64,000 nucleotides of DNA from Rhabdothermincola salaria (GCF_021246445.1 NZ_JAJQXW010000001.1:1940168-2004167), one strand, 5' to 3'. Shown: positions 40,202 to 49,807, numbered from the stretch's first letter. Made by a program: numbers and translations. The notes: generated from the letters alone by a model not told the origin.

Positions 40202-41221
40202 ATGCCGACCCATCAGTCGACCGAACCCAGCGCCGAGGCCGCCTCGGCGCCCCGAAGCGGGATCGAGGCCCTCACCGTGGTCGCGCACTCGGCGGGCGGT
40301 GCGCTCTCCACGATGGTGGACACGGCGTGGGCGGCGGCCGCCGCCGCTGACCGCGTCGACCTCGTCGACCTCGCCACCCGCGCCATGGCCCGTCCGCACG
40401 GCCTGGCCCCGCTCCCCCGCCCCACCCGCTTGGGACCGAGCCCGTGGTCATCCACCGCCGCGGACGACTGGCGCCGGCTCGACTCGCTCGCCGACACCGA
40501 CCGGGCGGTGGTCGCCTTCGCCGAGCAGATGAGCCTCGACGTCTCCGCCATCGACGACACCCACCGCGCCGCGGTGGGGGCCGCCCTGGGCCCCGCCACC
40601 GGCGACGTGGTGCAGGCCCTCTGGGTGTTCGACTACGTCCCCCGGGTGCGGTCCGCCCTCGATGCCCTGTTCGGCGCGGCACCGTGGGAACCGTTCGGCG
40701 CCGAACCCTGGCCCGAGGCCCCACCGGGCTCGTCCGCCGCCGACATCTGGTCGGCGATCGACGCCTACATCCGGATCGTGCCCCGCCTCGACGCCCTCGA
40801 CCCCGTGGTCACCGAGCTGGTGCGCCTCCGCGGGGCCCGCCAGCACCAGTGCCGGCTGTGCCAGTCACTGCGCAGCCGCCCTGCCCTGCGGGCCGGAGCG
40901 GGTGACGAGCAGTTCGCGGCCGTCGACCACCATGCCGACAGCGAGCTGCCCGCCGCCACCAAAGCCGCCCTCGCCCTCACCGACGCCATCGTCTGGCTGC
41001 CGGGGCGGATCGATCCCGCCGTGGCCGCATCCGTGCGCGACGAGCTCACCGACGCGCAGGCCGTGGAGCTGGTGCTCGACGTGGCCCGCAACGCCACCAA
41101 CAAGATCGCGGTGGCCTTCGCCGCCGACGCACCCCACGTCGACGAGGGGTACGAGATCTACGAGATCGATCCCGACGGTGAGGCCGTCTACGGCCTCAGC
41201 CTCGACGAGGAGGACACGTGA
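40202..41221 (+). CDS. Carboxymuconolactone decarboxylase/AhpD-like protein
   Basis: 'LDPVVTELVRLRGARQHQCRLCQSLR' (CxxC) in the second of two CMD-like halves. Confidence 0.8.
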   Translation: MPTHQSTEPSAEAASAPRSGIEALTVVAHSAGGALSTMVDTAWAAAAAADRVDLVDLATRAMARPHGLAPLPRPTRLGPSPWSSTAADDWRRLDSLADTDRAVVAFAEQMSLDVSAIDDTHRAAVGAALGPATGDVVQALWVFDYVPRVRSALDALFGAAPWEPFGAEPWPEAPPGSSAADIWSAIDAYIRIVPRLDALDPVVTELVRLRGARQHQCRLCQSLRSRPALRAGAGDEQFAAVDHHADSELPAATKAALALTDAIVWLPGRIDPAVAASVRDELTDAQAVELVLDVARNATNKIAVAFAADAPHVDEGYEIYEIDPDGEAVYGLSLDEEDT

Positions 41222-41550
41222 CCGCAGCCGCCCCCATGCCCGAGACCGTCACCGACGCCGTCACCTTTCTGGCCAGCGAGGGCTACGTGGAGGACCTGCA
41301 GGTCTGCCCGGTCGGCATCCTGCGCAGCGGCCACGACGATCCCCACCCGGTCGACGGCGCGATCGTCGACTACACGTTCCGCTTCGAGGGCCCCACCGAT
41401 CCAGGCGACGAAGCCATCGTGCTCGGGGTGCGCTGCTCGCAATGGGGCGTCAAGGGCGTGATCATCTCGGCCTACGGGCCCGACGCCGACCCGGAGGAGG
41501 CCGCCGTGCTCAACGCCCTGGCCCGATCTGCCTCGAGGCCCTACGACTGA
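41218..41550 (+). CDS. Conserved hypothetical protein
   Basis: GTGA-coupled to the upstream gene. 'FRFEGPTDPGDEAIVLGV..GVKGVIISAYG' looks like a conserved motif. Confidence 0.7.
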   Translation: MTAAAPMPETVTDAVTFLASEGYVEDLQVCPVGILRSGHDDPHPVDGAIVDYTFRFEGPTDPGDEAIVLGVRCSQWGVKGVIISAYGPDADPEEAAVLNALARSASRPYD

Positions 41551-42932
41551 TCGGCGGCGGGTGGCCGGACCCGGCGGGGCAGGAAGAGTGCGGAGACGGC
41601 GGCGGCCACCAGGCCGAGGGCGGCGGCGATGGCCATGGACCAACGGAAGGCGGACGTGGTGGCGGCGGTGCCGACGGCCACCGTCAACCCCGACACCGAG
41701 GGGATGACGGCGAGGGCCACCAGCCCGGCGGTGCGGGCGATGGCGTTGTTGACCCCGCTGGCCGTGCCCACCAGGCGTTGGTCCACGCACGCCATCACGC
41801 TGGCGGTCAACGGGGCGACGAAGGCGACCAGACCGAGCCCGAGCAGGATCGAGCCGGGCAGGACGCCGGTGGTCCAGCTGGTGTCGACGTCGATGCCGGC
41901 GAGGACCACCACCCCGGCGACGGTCAGCAGCGGTCCGACGACCATCTGGGGACGGGGTCCCCATCGGGTGGCCAGCGCCCCCGAGCGGGCCGAGCCGAAC
42001 AACAACAGCAACGTGGCCGGGATGAGCGAGCTGGCCGCGGCCAGCGCCCCGAAACCGGTCACGACCTGGAGTTGGTAGACGACGAAGAAGAAGACGCCGC
42101 CCAGCAGGGCATAGAGGGCGAAGGTCACGATGCTCAGCACCGTGAAGGTGCGGGACTCGAACAGTCGACCCGGCACCAGCGGAGCCGCGCTCCGTCGCTC
42201 CCACACCACGAAGGCCACCGACGCCACGATCGCGGCGACCGAGGCGACGACCACCAGCGGATCGCCCCAGCCGTCGTCGGCCGCCCGGTTGAGGGCCAGG
42301 GTCAGGCCGGCCAGGGCGACCACCGCCAGCCCGGCACCCGCCAGGTCGAACCGACCGCCGGGGACGCGCACGACGGTGGGGGTGGCCCGCACGGCCACGA
42401 CCGAGACGAGGACCAGCGGCACCGACAGCACGAAGGCCCAGCGCCAGCCCGGCCCGTCGATCAGCCACCCACCCAGGATGGGGCCGATGGCGCCGGACAG
42501 CCCCGTGAGGCCCGCCCAGGCCCCGACGGCGCGAGCCCGATCGTCGGGCACGAACGACGCCTGCACGAGCGCCAGCGACGTGGGCGTGAGGAGGGCCCCG
42601 CCCACGCCCTGGAAGAGGCGGGCCAGGACCAGGAACCACAGCGACGGGGCGAGAGCGCAGGCCAGGGTCGCCAGCGCGAACCAGACCGCCCCGACGACGA
42701 AGACCCGCCGGGATCCATAGCGATCACCCAGCGCGCCGCCCAGCAAGATGAGCGAGGCGAGGGTGAGCAGGTAGGCGGTGAGCACCCACTGCACGCCGTC
42801 GCCACCGACCCCGAAGTCGTCGGCGATGGCCGGCACGGCGACGTTGACCACGGTGCTGTCGAGGAAGGCCACCCCGCTGGCGAGCACCGTGGCGCCGAGC
42901 GCCACACGGCCCCGGGTGGACCCGAGCGACAA
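41541..42932 (-). CDS. MFS transporter, DHA2 (14-TM) family
   Basis: 'FLDSTVVNVAVP', 'GGALGDRYGSRR' and 'GTASGVNNAIAR'. Confidence 0.9.
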   Translation of the reverse strand: MSLGSTRGRVALGATVLASGVAFLDSTVVNVAVPAIADDFGVGGDGVQWVLTAYLLTLASLILLGGALGDRYGSRRVFVVGAVWFALATLACALAPSLWFLVLARLFQGVGGALLTPTSLALVQASFVPDDRARAVGAWAGLTGLSGAIGPILGGWLIDGPGWRWAFVLSVPLVLVSVVAVRATPTVVRVPGGRFDLAGAGLAVVALAGLTLALNRAADDGWGDPLVVVASVAAIVASVAFVVWERRSAAPLVPGRLFESRTFTVLSIVTFALYALLGGVFFFVVYQLQVVTGFGALAAASSLIPATLLLLFGSARSGALATRWGPRPQMVVGPLLTVAGVVVLAGIDVDTSWTTGVLPGSILLGLGLVAFVAPLTASVMACVDQRLVGTASGVNNAIARTAGLVALAVIPSVSGLTVAVGTAATTSAFRWSMAIAAALGLVAAAVSALFLPRRVRPPAADQS

Positions 42933-43050
42933 GAGGGCGGCTCCGGGAGGCTCGGATCCGGTCGGCCGGTCAGTCGGGTGGGCACTGACTGCGTCGTCGA
43001 TGCCCGAACCCTACGACGATCGAAGTGGGTGCCGGAGGGCCTCGCGTCCT

Positions 43051-43066
43051 ATACCCTAGGGGGTAT
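43051..43066. promoter_or_regulatory. CsoR/RcnR-family (CsoR/RicR/CstR-type) operator overlapping a leaderless start
   Basis: ATACCC-TAGG-GGGTAT inverted repeat with a G-tract. It contains a TACCCT -10 7 nt before ATG 43065. Confidence 0.65.
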
Positions 43067-43229
43067 GTGCCAACGAGCTACGTGCCCCACCTGTGACCGT
43101 CCCACCTTCGCCGGCTGCGGCATGCACGTCGAGCAGGTCCTCGGCGACGTCCCCGCCGATCAGCGCTGCCGGTGCTCCGCCTCCGCCCCGTCGGGTGGTT
43201 CCCTCCTGAGTCGCCTTTTCGGTCGCTGA
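43065..43229 (+). CDS. Small Cys-rich protein (54 aa)
   Basis: MCQRATCPTCDRPTFAGCGMHVEQVLGDVPADQRCRCSASAPSGGSLLSRLFGR, seen in the track only as the tail of a spurious long ORF. Confidence 0.75.
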   Translation: MCQRATCPTCDRPTFAGCGMHVEQVLGDVPADQRCRCSASAPSGGSLLSRLFGR

Positions 43230-43378
43230 CCCACCGGGCAGCCGTCGCCCGGGCCCCGGTGAGGCCTCCAGTTCACGGGCTGCTCGCACCCGGCGTCGCG
43301 CCGGGGTCCCCGGACGCGCCATCATGGGCACCGAGGCGCCGACCGACCGGCGCCACCGCACTCGCCCGGGGGGACGCC

Positions 43379-44566
43379 GTGAGCCCGAACGTGAACCTGC
43401 TCGACCCGACCTGGTACGTCGACCCGTTCGACGCCTACCGCTGGCTCCGCGACGAGTCACCGGTCCACTGGGACCCGGTCCAGGAGATCTGGGGCATCTC
43501 GCGTCACGCCGACGTGCGCACCGTCGAGCACGACACCGCCGCCTTCTCCTCGCTGCCCGGCTCGCGCCCCAAGACCGACCAGCTCGACGACACCTCGATG
43601 ATCAACCGCGACGACCCGGCCCACCAGAGCCAGCGCATGGTCGTGGCCCGCCGGTTCACGCCGCGGGGGGTGCGCAGCCACGAAGACCGCGTCCGCGACC
43701 AGGTCACCGCCATCCTCGACGAGGCGTCGGCCGACGGCGGGTGCGAAGCCGTCGAATCCATCGCCTCGCGCCTGCCCGCCATGATGATCTGCGACCTGCT
43801 CGGCTACGACCACGACCTGTGGCCCAAGGTCCGCGAGTGGTCCGAGGTCACCATGTTCGAGGCCGGGCAGACCTCCCCGACCGGCGGGGGCTTCAAGTCC
43901 CAGTCCGACGCCAGCGCCAACGCGGTGCTCGACTTCGCCACCGAGACCATGAAGGTCATCGCCGCCCGTCGCGACGACCCACGCGACGACCTCATCTCGG
44001 TGTGGGCCCACACCGAGGTGCACGGCCAGCCCTGGACCGACGGCGAGATCCTCACCGAGGCCCTCCTCGTGCTCGACGGCGGCGCCGAGACCACCCGTTC
44101 GGTGATCGCCGGCATCATCGCCGAGCTGGCCCGCCGCCCCGAGCAGAGGGCCCTCCTGGCCGAGGACCCCGGGCTGTTGTCCACCACCGCGGTGGAGGAG
44201 TTCATCCGCTGGATCAGTCCCATCTCCAACATGCGCCGCACCGCCACCCGCGACACCGAGCTGCACGGCCAGACCATCCACGAGGGCGACGAGGTGCTGC
44301 TGCTCTACGGGTCGGCCAACCGCGACGAGCGCATCTTCGACCGCCCCGACGACTTCGACGTCACCCGCCCCCACAACCACCACGTGGCGTTCGGGTTCGG
44401 CACCCACTTCTGCCTTGGCGCGTCACTGGCCCGCCTCGAGCTGCGCGTGCTGTTCGAGGAGATGGTCCGCCGCTTCCCCTCCTGGAAGCTCGTCGGCCCC
44501 GAGCCGGAGATCGTGCCGGCCACCTTCACCCGCGGCTACGGCGCGGTCAACATCGAGTTCGGCTGA
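43379..44566 (+). CDS. Cytochrome P450 (CYP142-like)
   Basis: GGAETT, EEFIR and heme motif FGFGTHFCLG. Confidence 0.92.
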   Translation: MSPNVNLLDPTWYVDPFDAYRWLRDESPVHWDPVQEIWGISRHADVRTVEHDTAAFSSLPGSRPKTDQLDDTSMINRDDPAHQSQRMVVARRFTPRGVRSHEDRVRDQVTAILDEASADGGCEAVESIASRLPAMMICDLLGYDHDLWPKVREWSEVTMFEAGQTSPTGGGFKSQSDASANAVLDFATETMKVIAARRDDPRDDLISVWAHTEVHGQPWTDGEILTEALLVLDGGAETTRSVIAGIIAELARRPEQRALLAEDPGLLSTTAVEEFIRWISPISNMRRTATRDTELHGQTIHEGDEVLLLYGSANRDERIFDRPDDFDVTRPHNHHVAFGFGTHFCLGASLARLELRVLFEEMVRRFPSWKLVGPEPEIVPATFTRGYGAVNIEFG

Positions 44567-44636
44567 CCCCGGGGGGCGCCCCCTCGACGGTCGGCCCGTG
44601 CACGGGGCCGACGGGTGCCCGGTGCCAGCGCCTCGT

Positions 44637-45467
44637 TCAGCCGCCGGCGGCCGCCGGATCCTCGGTGACGTACCTGACGTCGGAGGCCAGACGCCCCTCC
44701 GGCGGCGGTCGGCCGTCGTCGCTCCAGGCCCAGATGCGCCAGAAGCGCCGATCCAGGTCGTGATAGGCGTCGCGGGAGTGCACCACCCGGTAGTTGTCGG
44801 CGCAGAGCGCCTCACCGGCGGCGAGGTGCACACGCGGTGCCCAGGTGCGCACCGACTCGAACACCTCGGCCACCTGGTCGATGCAGTGCTCGTGAGCCCG
44901 GGCCAGCGGGCCCGGCACCGCCCGGATGTGGTCGCGCAGCGCCACCACGATGACCTGGCGACGCCCCGACGGGGTAGTCGACACGAGGGTTCCGCGGCGC
45001 GGTGGCGCTCCCGGCGCGGTGAGGTCGACCTCGACGTCACACATGAAGCGCACCAGCTCGGCCCCGCCGGGGTCGGCGGCCAGGGCGTCGAGCACGCGAT
45101 AGGCGTCGACGACGGTCGAGGCGCCGTCCCCCTCGCTCGGTCGCTCGCACAGCAGCACCATCGTGTCGGGGCCGTCGAGGCCGTAGGTGAAGCCGTCGGT
45201 GTGCAGCGGCAGCGGCACCTCGTGGGCACCGTCGACGCGGATCTTGGGGTCCTTGTCGCCCCCTTCTCGCACCTCGACCGGCGGAGGGCCGGCACGGAGC
45301 CGGTCGCCCAGCAAGGTGGCGGCCAGGGTCGCCGCCGATGACTGCGAAGGCTCGAGCCCGGTGAGGATGCAGGCACCGACGCCGGCCACCAGTTCGGCGG
45401 CGTGGGTGGGGTCGTCCGTGCGGGACGGTTCGAGACCGGCAGCGATGGCAGCGATGGCGTCGAGCAA
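44637..45467 (-). CDS. TauD/TfdA-family Fe(II)/2-oxoglutarate dioxygenase
   Basis: HTDG...'DNYRVVHSR'...R facial-triad pattern. TTG start after GGAGAGAGG (approximate). Confidence 0.75.
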   Translation of the reverse strand: MLDAIAAIAAGLEPSRTDDPTHAAELVAGVGACILTGLEPSQSSAATLAATLLGDRLRAGPPPVEVREGGDKDPKIRVDGAHEVPLPLHTDGFTYGLDGPDTMVLLCERPSEGDGASTVVDAYRVLDALAADPGGAELVRFMCDVEVDLTAPGAPPRRGTLVSTTPSGRRQVIVVALRDHIRAVPGPLARAHEHCIDQVAEVFESVRTWAPRVHLAAGEALCADNYRVVHSRDAYHDLDRRFWRIWAWSDDGRPPPEGRLASDVRYVTEDPAAAGG

Positions 45468-45613
45468 GGGAACCTCTCTCCAACGGGGCGCACGGAAATG
45501 TAGCCCCCAGCCACCCCCGCCCCCGTGGTCGGCCGGGCCTTCACCGCACCCACCCACCGACCGGATCGCGCCGTGTCCGACCGCGACCGGCCGGCCACGT
45601 ACACTGCCGGGCC

Positions 45614-45991
45614 GTGGGGGACGACGACGCTCGAGCACTGGTCCGACGCTGGTGGAACGACGTCTGGGGCGAGGCGAACCCCGACGCCGTCGACGACATC
45701 TGCACCGACCCCTACACCCGCCACACCAGCCTGGGCACCGAGCGCATCCCTCTCGCCAAGTACAAGAAGCGCCTGGCCGAGTCGATGCACGTGATGCGCG
45801 GCGCCGAGACCACCATCGACGACCAGGTCGTGGCCGGCGACAAGGTATGGACCCGGGCCACGAGCCGCGGGGTGAACCTCAGCACCGAGAGTCGCCAGGT
45901 GCTCACGTGGATGATCGTGCACCGCATCGAGGACGGCCGCATCGCCGAGAGCTGGACCGCCGCGCTCCCCGGGGTCGAGTGGGAGTCGTGA
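45614..45991 (+). CDS. SnoaL-like ester cyclase family protein
   Basis: 'LVRRWWNDVW', 'IDDQVVAGDKVWTR' and 'RIEDGRIAESW'. Confidence 0.8.
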   Translation: MGDDDARALVRRWWNDVWGEANPDAVDDICTDPYTRHTSLGTERIPLAKYKKRLAESMHVMRGAETTIDDQVVAGDKVWTRATSRGVNLSTESRQVLTWMIVHRIEDGRIAESWTAALPGVEWES

Positions 45992-46062
45992 CCGCCGGGC
46001 CCTGAGGCCCACGACACCTTCGCCGCTGGCGGACCACGACCAGCCGGCCCGCACCCGCCCGG

Positions 46063-47343
46063 TCAGCCCAGGCCGAGGACGACCTCGCGGTCGCTGAACC
46101 GGCGCCGGCGCAGCACGAAGACCACCATCACCACCAGCACCACGGCACCCATGATCACGAAGGTGGTGCGCAGCCCGATGGCGTCGGCCAGGGCGCCGAG
46201 GGGCAGGGCGGCGATGCCGAAGCCGCTGAAGCCCAGCATCACCAGCGACTGGATGCGCCCGTGGTAGTCGAAGTCGCTGAGGTTCAACAGCAGCGAGTTG
46301 GTCATGGTCTGGTAGGTGAGGCTCATGCCGCCGGTGAACATCAGCGCCACCACCGCCAGCCAGAAGAGGGGCATGAGGCCGAGGGTGATGAGGCCCACCC
46401 CGAAGCCGATGCCGGCGACGGTGACGAACCGCCAGGGGTCACGCCGTCCGCCGCTGCGGGCGGCGAAGAGCCCGAAGGCGATGGCGCCGACGGCCGAGGC
46501 CGCACTGAGCACGCCGTAGCCGGTCGACCCGGTGTCGAAGATGCCGTCGGCCACGGTGGGCAGGAAGGCCATGAACGGGTAGCCGATCATCACGATGACC
46601 AGGGAGCTGGTGACGAGCAGCGCCAGGTCCGGACGCCGGCGGACGTAGCGCAGGCCGTCGGCGAGCTCCCCCCACGGCGACCCGTGGATCCGCTCCGGGT
46701 GGGGCGGGGCGGGCGGCAGGAACACGGTGAGCACGGTGCCGAACAGGCAGAGGGCGCCGCTGGCGATGAAGACGCCCTCGAGGCCCCACGTGAAGGCGGC
46801 GATCACGATGCCGGCGATGGTGGGCCCGATGACCCGCATGCCCTCCGCCCCCATCTGGGCCAGGACGATGGCGTTGGACAGGATGCGACCGTCGACGATC
46901 TCGGCCGTGTAGGACATGCGGGCCGGCCCGAACAGGGCGAAGGCCACCGCCTGCAGGGCGCTGGCGCCCATGAGCATCCAGTACTCCACGACGTCGAGCA
47001 CCAGCGCGACGCCGATCCACATCGAGGATGCCACCAACAGCAGCTGGGACACGACGAGCACGGTGCGCTTGGGCAACCGGTCGGCGGCCACGCCTCCGAA
47101 CGGCGTGGAGATGAGCATGGCGATGCCGAACGCCAGCAGCACGCCGCCCAGCCCGGCGTTGGTGCCGGTGAGCTCGCGGGCCAGCCAGCCCCGGGCGATG
47201 GCCTGGGCGTTGACGGCCATGAACACGAACAGGCCAGAGAACCACAGCTTGCGGTAGGCCGGCACCGCCATGGCGGCGAAGGTGGACGACGCGAGGACGG
47301 GGGCGGTGGCGACGTGGTCGGCGGGCGGCGATGGGGAGGTCAC
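46063..47343 (-). CDS. MFS transporter (MFS_3/H+ antiporter-like)
   Basis: 'YRKLWFSG', 'GGVAADRLPKR' and 'GRIQSL', with about 12 TM segments. Start uncertain (47343 or 47367). Confidence 0.88.
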   Translation of the reverse strand: MTSPSPPADHVATAPVLASSTFAAMAVPAYRKLWFSGLFVFMAVNAQAIARGWLARELTGTNAGLGGVLLAFGIAMLISTPFGGVAADRLPKRTVLVVSQLLLVASSMWIGVALVLDVVEYWMLMGASALQAVAFALFGPARMSYTAEIVDGRILSNAIVLAQMGAEGMRVIGPTIAGIVIAAFTWGLEGVFIASGALCLFGTVLTVFLPPAPPHPERIHGSPWGELADGLRYVRRRPDLALLVTSSLVIVMIGYPFMAFLPTVADGIFDTGSTGYGVLSAASAVGAIAFGLFAARSGGRRDPWRFVTVAGIGFGVGLITLGLMPLFWLAVVALMFTGGMSLTYQTMTNSLLLNLSDFDYHGRIQSLVMLGFSGFGIAALPLGALADAIGLRTTFVIMGAVVLVVMVVFVLRRRRFSDREVVLGLG

Positions 47344-47530
47344 GGGGTCACCGGAGACGTCCTCCACGTCGATGCCGTCCTCGCCGTCCACCTCGCAAGT
47401 GCTATCAGGGTTGCGTCGCGGGCACGAAGCGACGACGGGGCGACCGGTGGAACGACCGGGGTGCCGGCCACGGCGCCTCGGACGTGGGAACGTGGGCGCT
47501 GACCAGCGACGGAGAAGGGTGGAGACGACG

Positions 47531-48067
47531 ATGGTGAGCGATCGCAACCCGTGGGAGCGCCCGGCGGTCATGGGATCGCTGTTGGCCGCGCTCATCGTGG
47601 TCGGCCTCGCCGTGGGCGCCTACGCCGGTTCGTCGGTCGCCGACAGCGAGCGCGACCGCCTCAGCGAGTGCGCCGCAGCCCAGATCGCTGCGCTCGACCG
47701 GGCCGCCGCCGTCACCGAGCCGATCGGCACCACCCCCGCCGCGGTCCCGGCGCCGGCGGACCTGGACACCATCGTGGTCGAGCTCACCGCCATCGGCGAC
47801 GAGCTCGAGGCCCGCTCGGTGGGCGAGTGCCGGGCCAGCAGCGACCCCGGCTTCCTGCGCCGGGTCACCCAGCTGCACCAGGCCCGCACCGACGCGGTCA
47901 CCGATCTCCGGGCCGCCGGCGAGAGCGGCGACGCGGCGGCCCAGCAGGCCGCCCTCGACCGGCTGTCGTCGGTCCGCACCGAGATCGACGTCGAGATCTG
48001 TGCCCAGCTGGGCTGCGAGAGCGAGGTCGGCCCGCCGGCGCCCTCGTCCGACCGGCCCACTGAGTGA
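47531..48067 (+). CDS. Hypothetical membrane-anchored helical protein
   Basis: GGAG RBS, N-terminal TM helix, acidic helical body and 4 Cys. Confidence 0.65.
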   Translation: MVSDRNPWERPAVMGSLLAALIVVGLAVGAYAGSSVADSERDRLSECAAAQIAALDRAAAVTEPIGTTPAAVPAPADLDTIVVELTAIGDELEARSVGECRASSDPGFLRRVTQLHQARTDAVTDLRAAGESGDAAAQQAALDRLSSVRTEIDVEICAQLGCESEVGPPAPSSDRPTE

Positions 48068-48118
48068 TTTCGGGCGAAACGCGGCATACTTGCTCGTTCC
48101 GTCGCTCGAAAGGCTCCC

Positions 48119-48634
48119 ATGGACTTCGCCATCGGCTCCAAGGTCATCTATCCGTCCCACGGCACGGCGGTCGTCACCGGTCGCTCCGAACGCGAGGTCG
48201 ACGGTGAGAAGGTGACCTACCTCGAGCTCTCCGTCGCCGCCGGCGAGGAGTCGTGGCGAGGTGGGGCCCTCAAGGTCTCGGTGCCCGAGGACCGCGCCGA
48301 GGACCTGGGCGTGCGCCCGGCCATCTCCGCCGACGAGGTCGACGACGTGCTGGCCGTGCTGGCCGTCACCAATGTGCGGGTGCCCACCAACTGGTCCCGC
48401 CGGTTCAAGAACCACCAGGAGAAGATGAAGTCCGGCGACATCTACGAGTGCGCCGAGGTGGTCCGCAACCTGTCGCTGCGTGAACGTTCCTCCAAGCTCT
48501 CCAGCGCCGAGAAGGCCATGCTGGGCAAGGCCCGCCACATCCTCGTCTCCGAGTTGGCGGTGTCGTGGGACTGCTCCATGGAGGACGCCGGCGACCGCAT
48601 CGACGCCGTCCTCGACGGCCTCGCCGTCGCCTGA
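48119..48634 (+). CDS. carD: CarD-family RNA-polymerase-binding transcription factor
   Basis: 'FAIGSKVIYPSHGTAVV', 'LGVRP' and 'NWSRRFKNHQEKMKSGDIYECAEVVRNL', with the conserved Trp retained. Confidence 0.88.
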   Translation: MDFAIGSKVIYPSHGTAVVTGRSEREVDGEKVTYLELSVAAGEESWRGGALKVSVPEDRAEDLGVRPAISADEVDDVLAVLAVTNVRVPTNWSRRFKNHQEKMKSGDIYECAEVVRNLSLRERSSKLSSAEKAMLGKARHILVSELAVSWDCSMEDAGDRIDAVLDGLAVA

Positions 48635-48655
48635 GCGACCTCGCCTGAACGACTC

Positions 48656-48688
48656 GAACGTGCCCCGGTCCCCAGCCGGGGCACGTTC
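48656..48688 (+). terminator. Hairpin after carD
   Basis: GAACGTGCCCCGG-N7-CCGGGGCACGTTC, 13-bp stem. Confidence 0.7.
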
Positions 48689-48745
48689 ACGCCCGGCCCC
48701 ACTCGGCCACCGCTGAGGGTCGCGGGCACCAGCACCCGCACGCGA

Positions 48746-48773
48746 CGATGCCCGCCCCGAGGGGCGGGCATCG
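48746..48773 (-). terminator. Hairpin after the secreted DUF4397-like gene
   Basis: CGATGCCCGCCC-CGAG-GGGCGGGCATCG, 12-bp stem. Confidence 0.7.
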
Positions 48774-48809
48774 CTCGACGTCAGGACCGCTGAAGAGCGG
48801 AGTGGACGA

Positions 48810-49613
48810 TCAGCCGGTGAAGCGAGGCGTCACCGTTGCGGGCTGGGCCGCAGCCGTGGTGGTCGGACCGGCCGTGGTGGTGGTGGTCTCGACGGGGACC
48901 TCGCACGGATCGAGCTCGATCAGACCGGTGAAGGCGTCGGCGCCACCATCGGCGCCGCCACCCGCGTACACCAAGATGTTGAAGCCCGGGATGGTGGTGA
49001 CGTCACCGAGCGGGATGAGCACGTCGGTGGTGCCGGTGGCCACGATGGCGGCGTCCTCGACGACGAGGCCGCCCGGGACGTCGAGGATGCTCTGCGCGCC
49101 CTCTTCGAGGTCCTGGATCAGCACGGTCTGCTCACCGGCGATGGTGCCCACGACGTCGACGGTCCCGGCCGCGGCGCCGTGACGGGCCGTGATGCGACCC
49201 TCGCCCTCGGCGAAGCAGCTGGAGTCGTTGGGCCAGACGGCGATGCTGGGCTGACCCTCGCCGCTGAGCCAGACGGCAGCCACGGTGATGTCGTCGCCGG
49301 GCTCGAGGACGAGGTCGCCGCCGATGTCGGGCTCGCCCTCACAGAGCTGGTCGGCGCCGACGTAGATGGCCACCGGGATGGTGACAGCGGGGAGCGTGAG
49401 CGGTCCGAGGGTCTCACCCCAGCTGAAGTTGCCGTCGATGACCTCGCCACCGGCGCAGACCGTGACGGTGAAGGGTTCGGTCGGGGCGTCATAGGTGGCG
49501 TCGTGGACGATGGTGACCTGGGCGGTTCCACCGTCGGTCCCGGCGCCGGCGGTGGCCGGCATCAGACCCACGGCCACCAGGGCCATCACGGCCAAGAGGG
49601 CAAGGCGCTTCAT
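48810..49613 (-). CDS. Secreted DUF4397-like protein with C-terminal VTPRFTG motif
   Basis: AAGGAG RBS and signal peptide MKRLALLAVMALVAVGLMPATAGA. 'AQVTIVH' and 'GRITARHGAAAGTVDV' are DUF4397-type repeats. A Thr linker precedes AAQPATVTPRFTG-stop. Confidence 0.82.
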   Translation of the reverse strand: MKRLALLAVMALVAVGLMPATAGAGTDGGTAQVTIVHDATYDAPTEPFTVTVCAGGEVIDGNFSWGETLGPLTLPAVTIPVAIYVGADQLCEGEPDIGGDLVLEPGDDITVAAVWLSGEGQPSIAVWPNDSSCFAEGEGRITARHGAAAGTVDVVGTIAGEQTVLIQDLEEGAQSILDVPGGLVVEDAAIVATGTTDVLIPLGDVTTIPGFNILVYAGGGADGGADAFTGLIELDPCEVPVETTTTTAGPTTTAAAQPATVTPRFTG

Positions 49614-49807
49614 TTTTTCTCCTTGTGATCGACGCAGGGGTCCGGGCGACGGGGGCCGCACGACGCGTCGGGCGAGAGACTAGACGAGATCGTGTCGCGG
49701 GTCACGGGTTTCTGCGGCACCGTCACCGGCGTGCTACGCGACGGTGCCCGCCCCGAGGGGCGGGCACCGGAGCACGATCAGACAGGGAGCTCTCGGACAG
49801 AGTGCCC

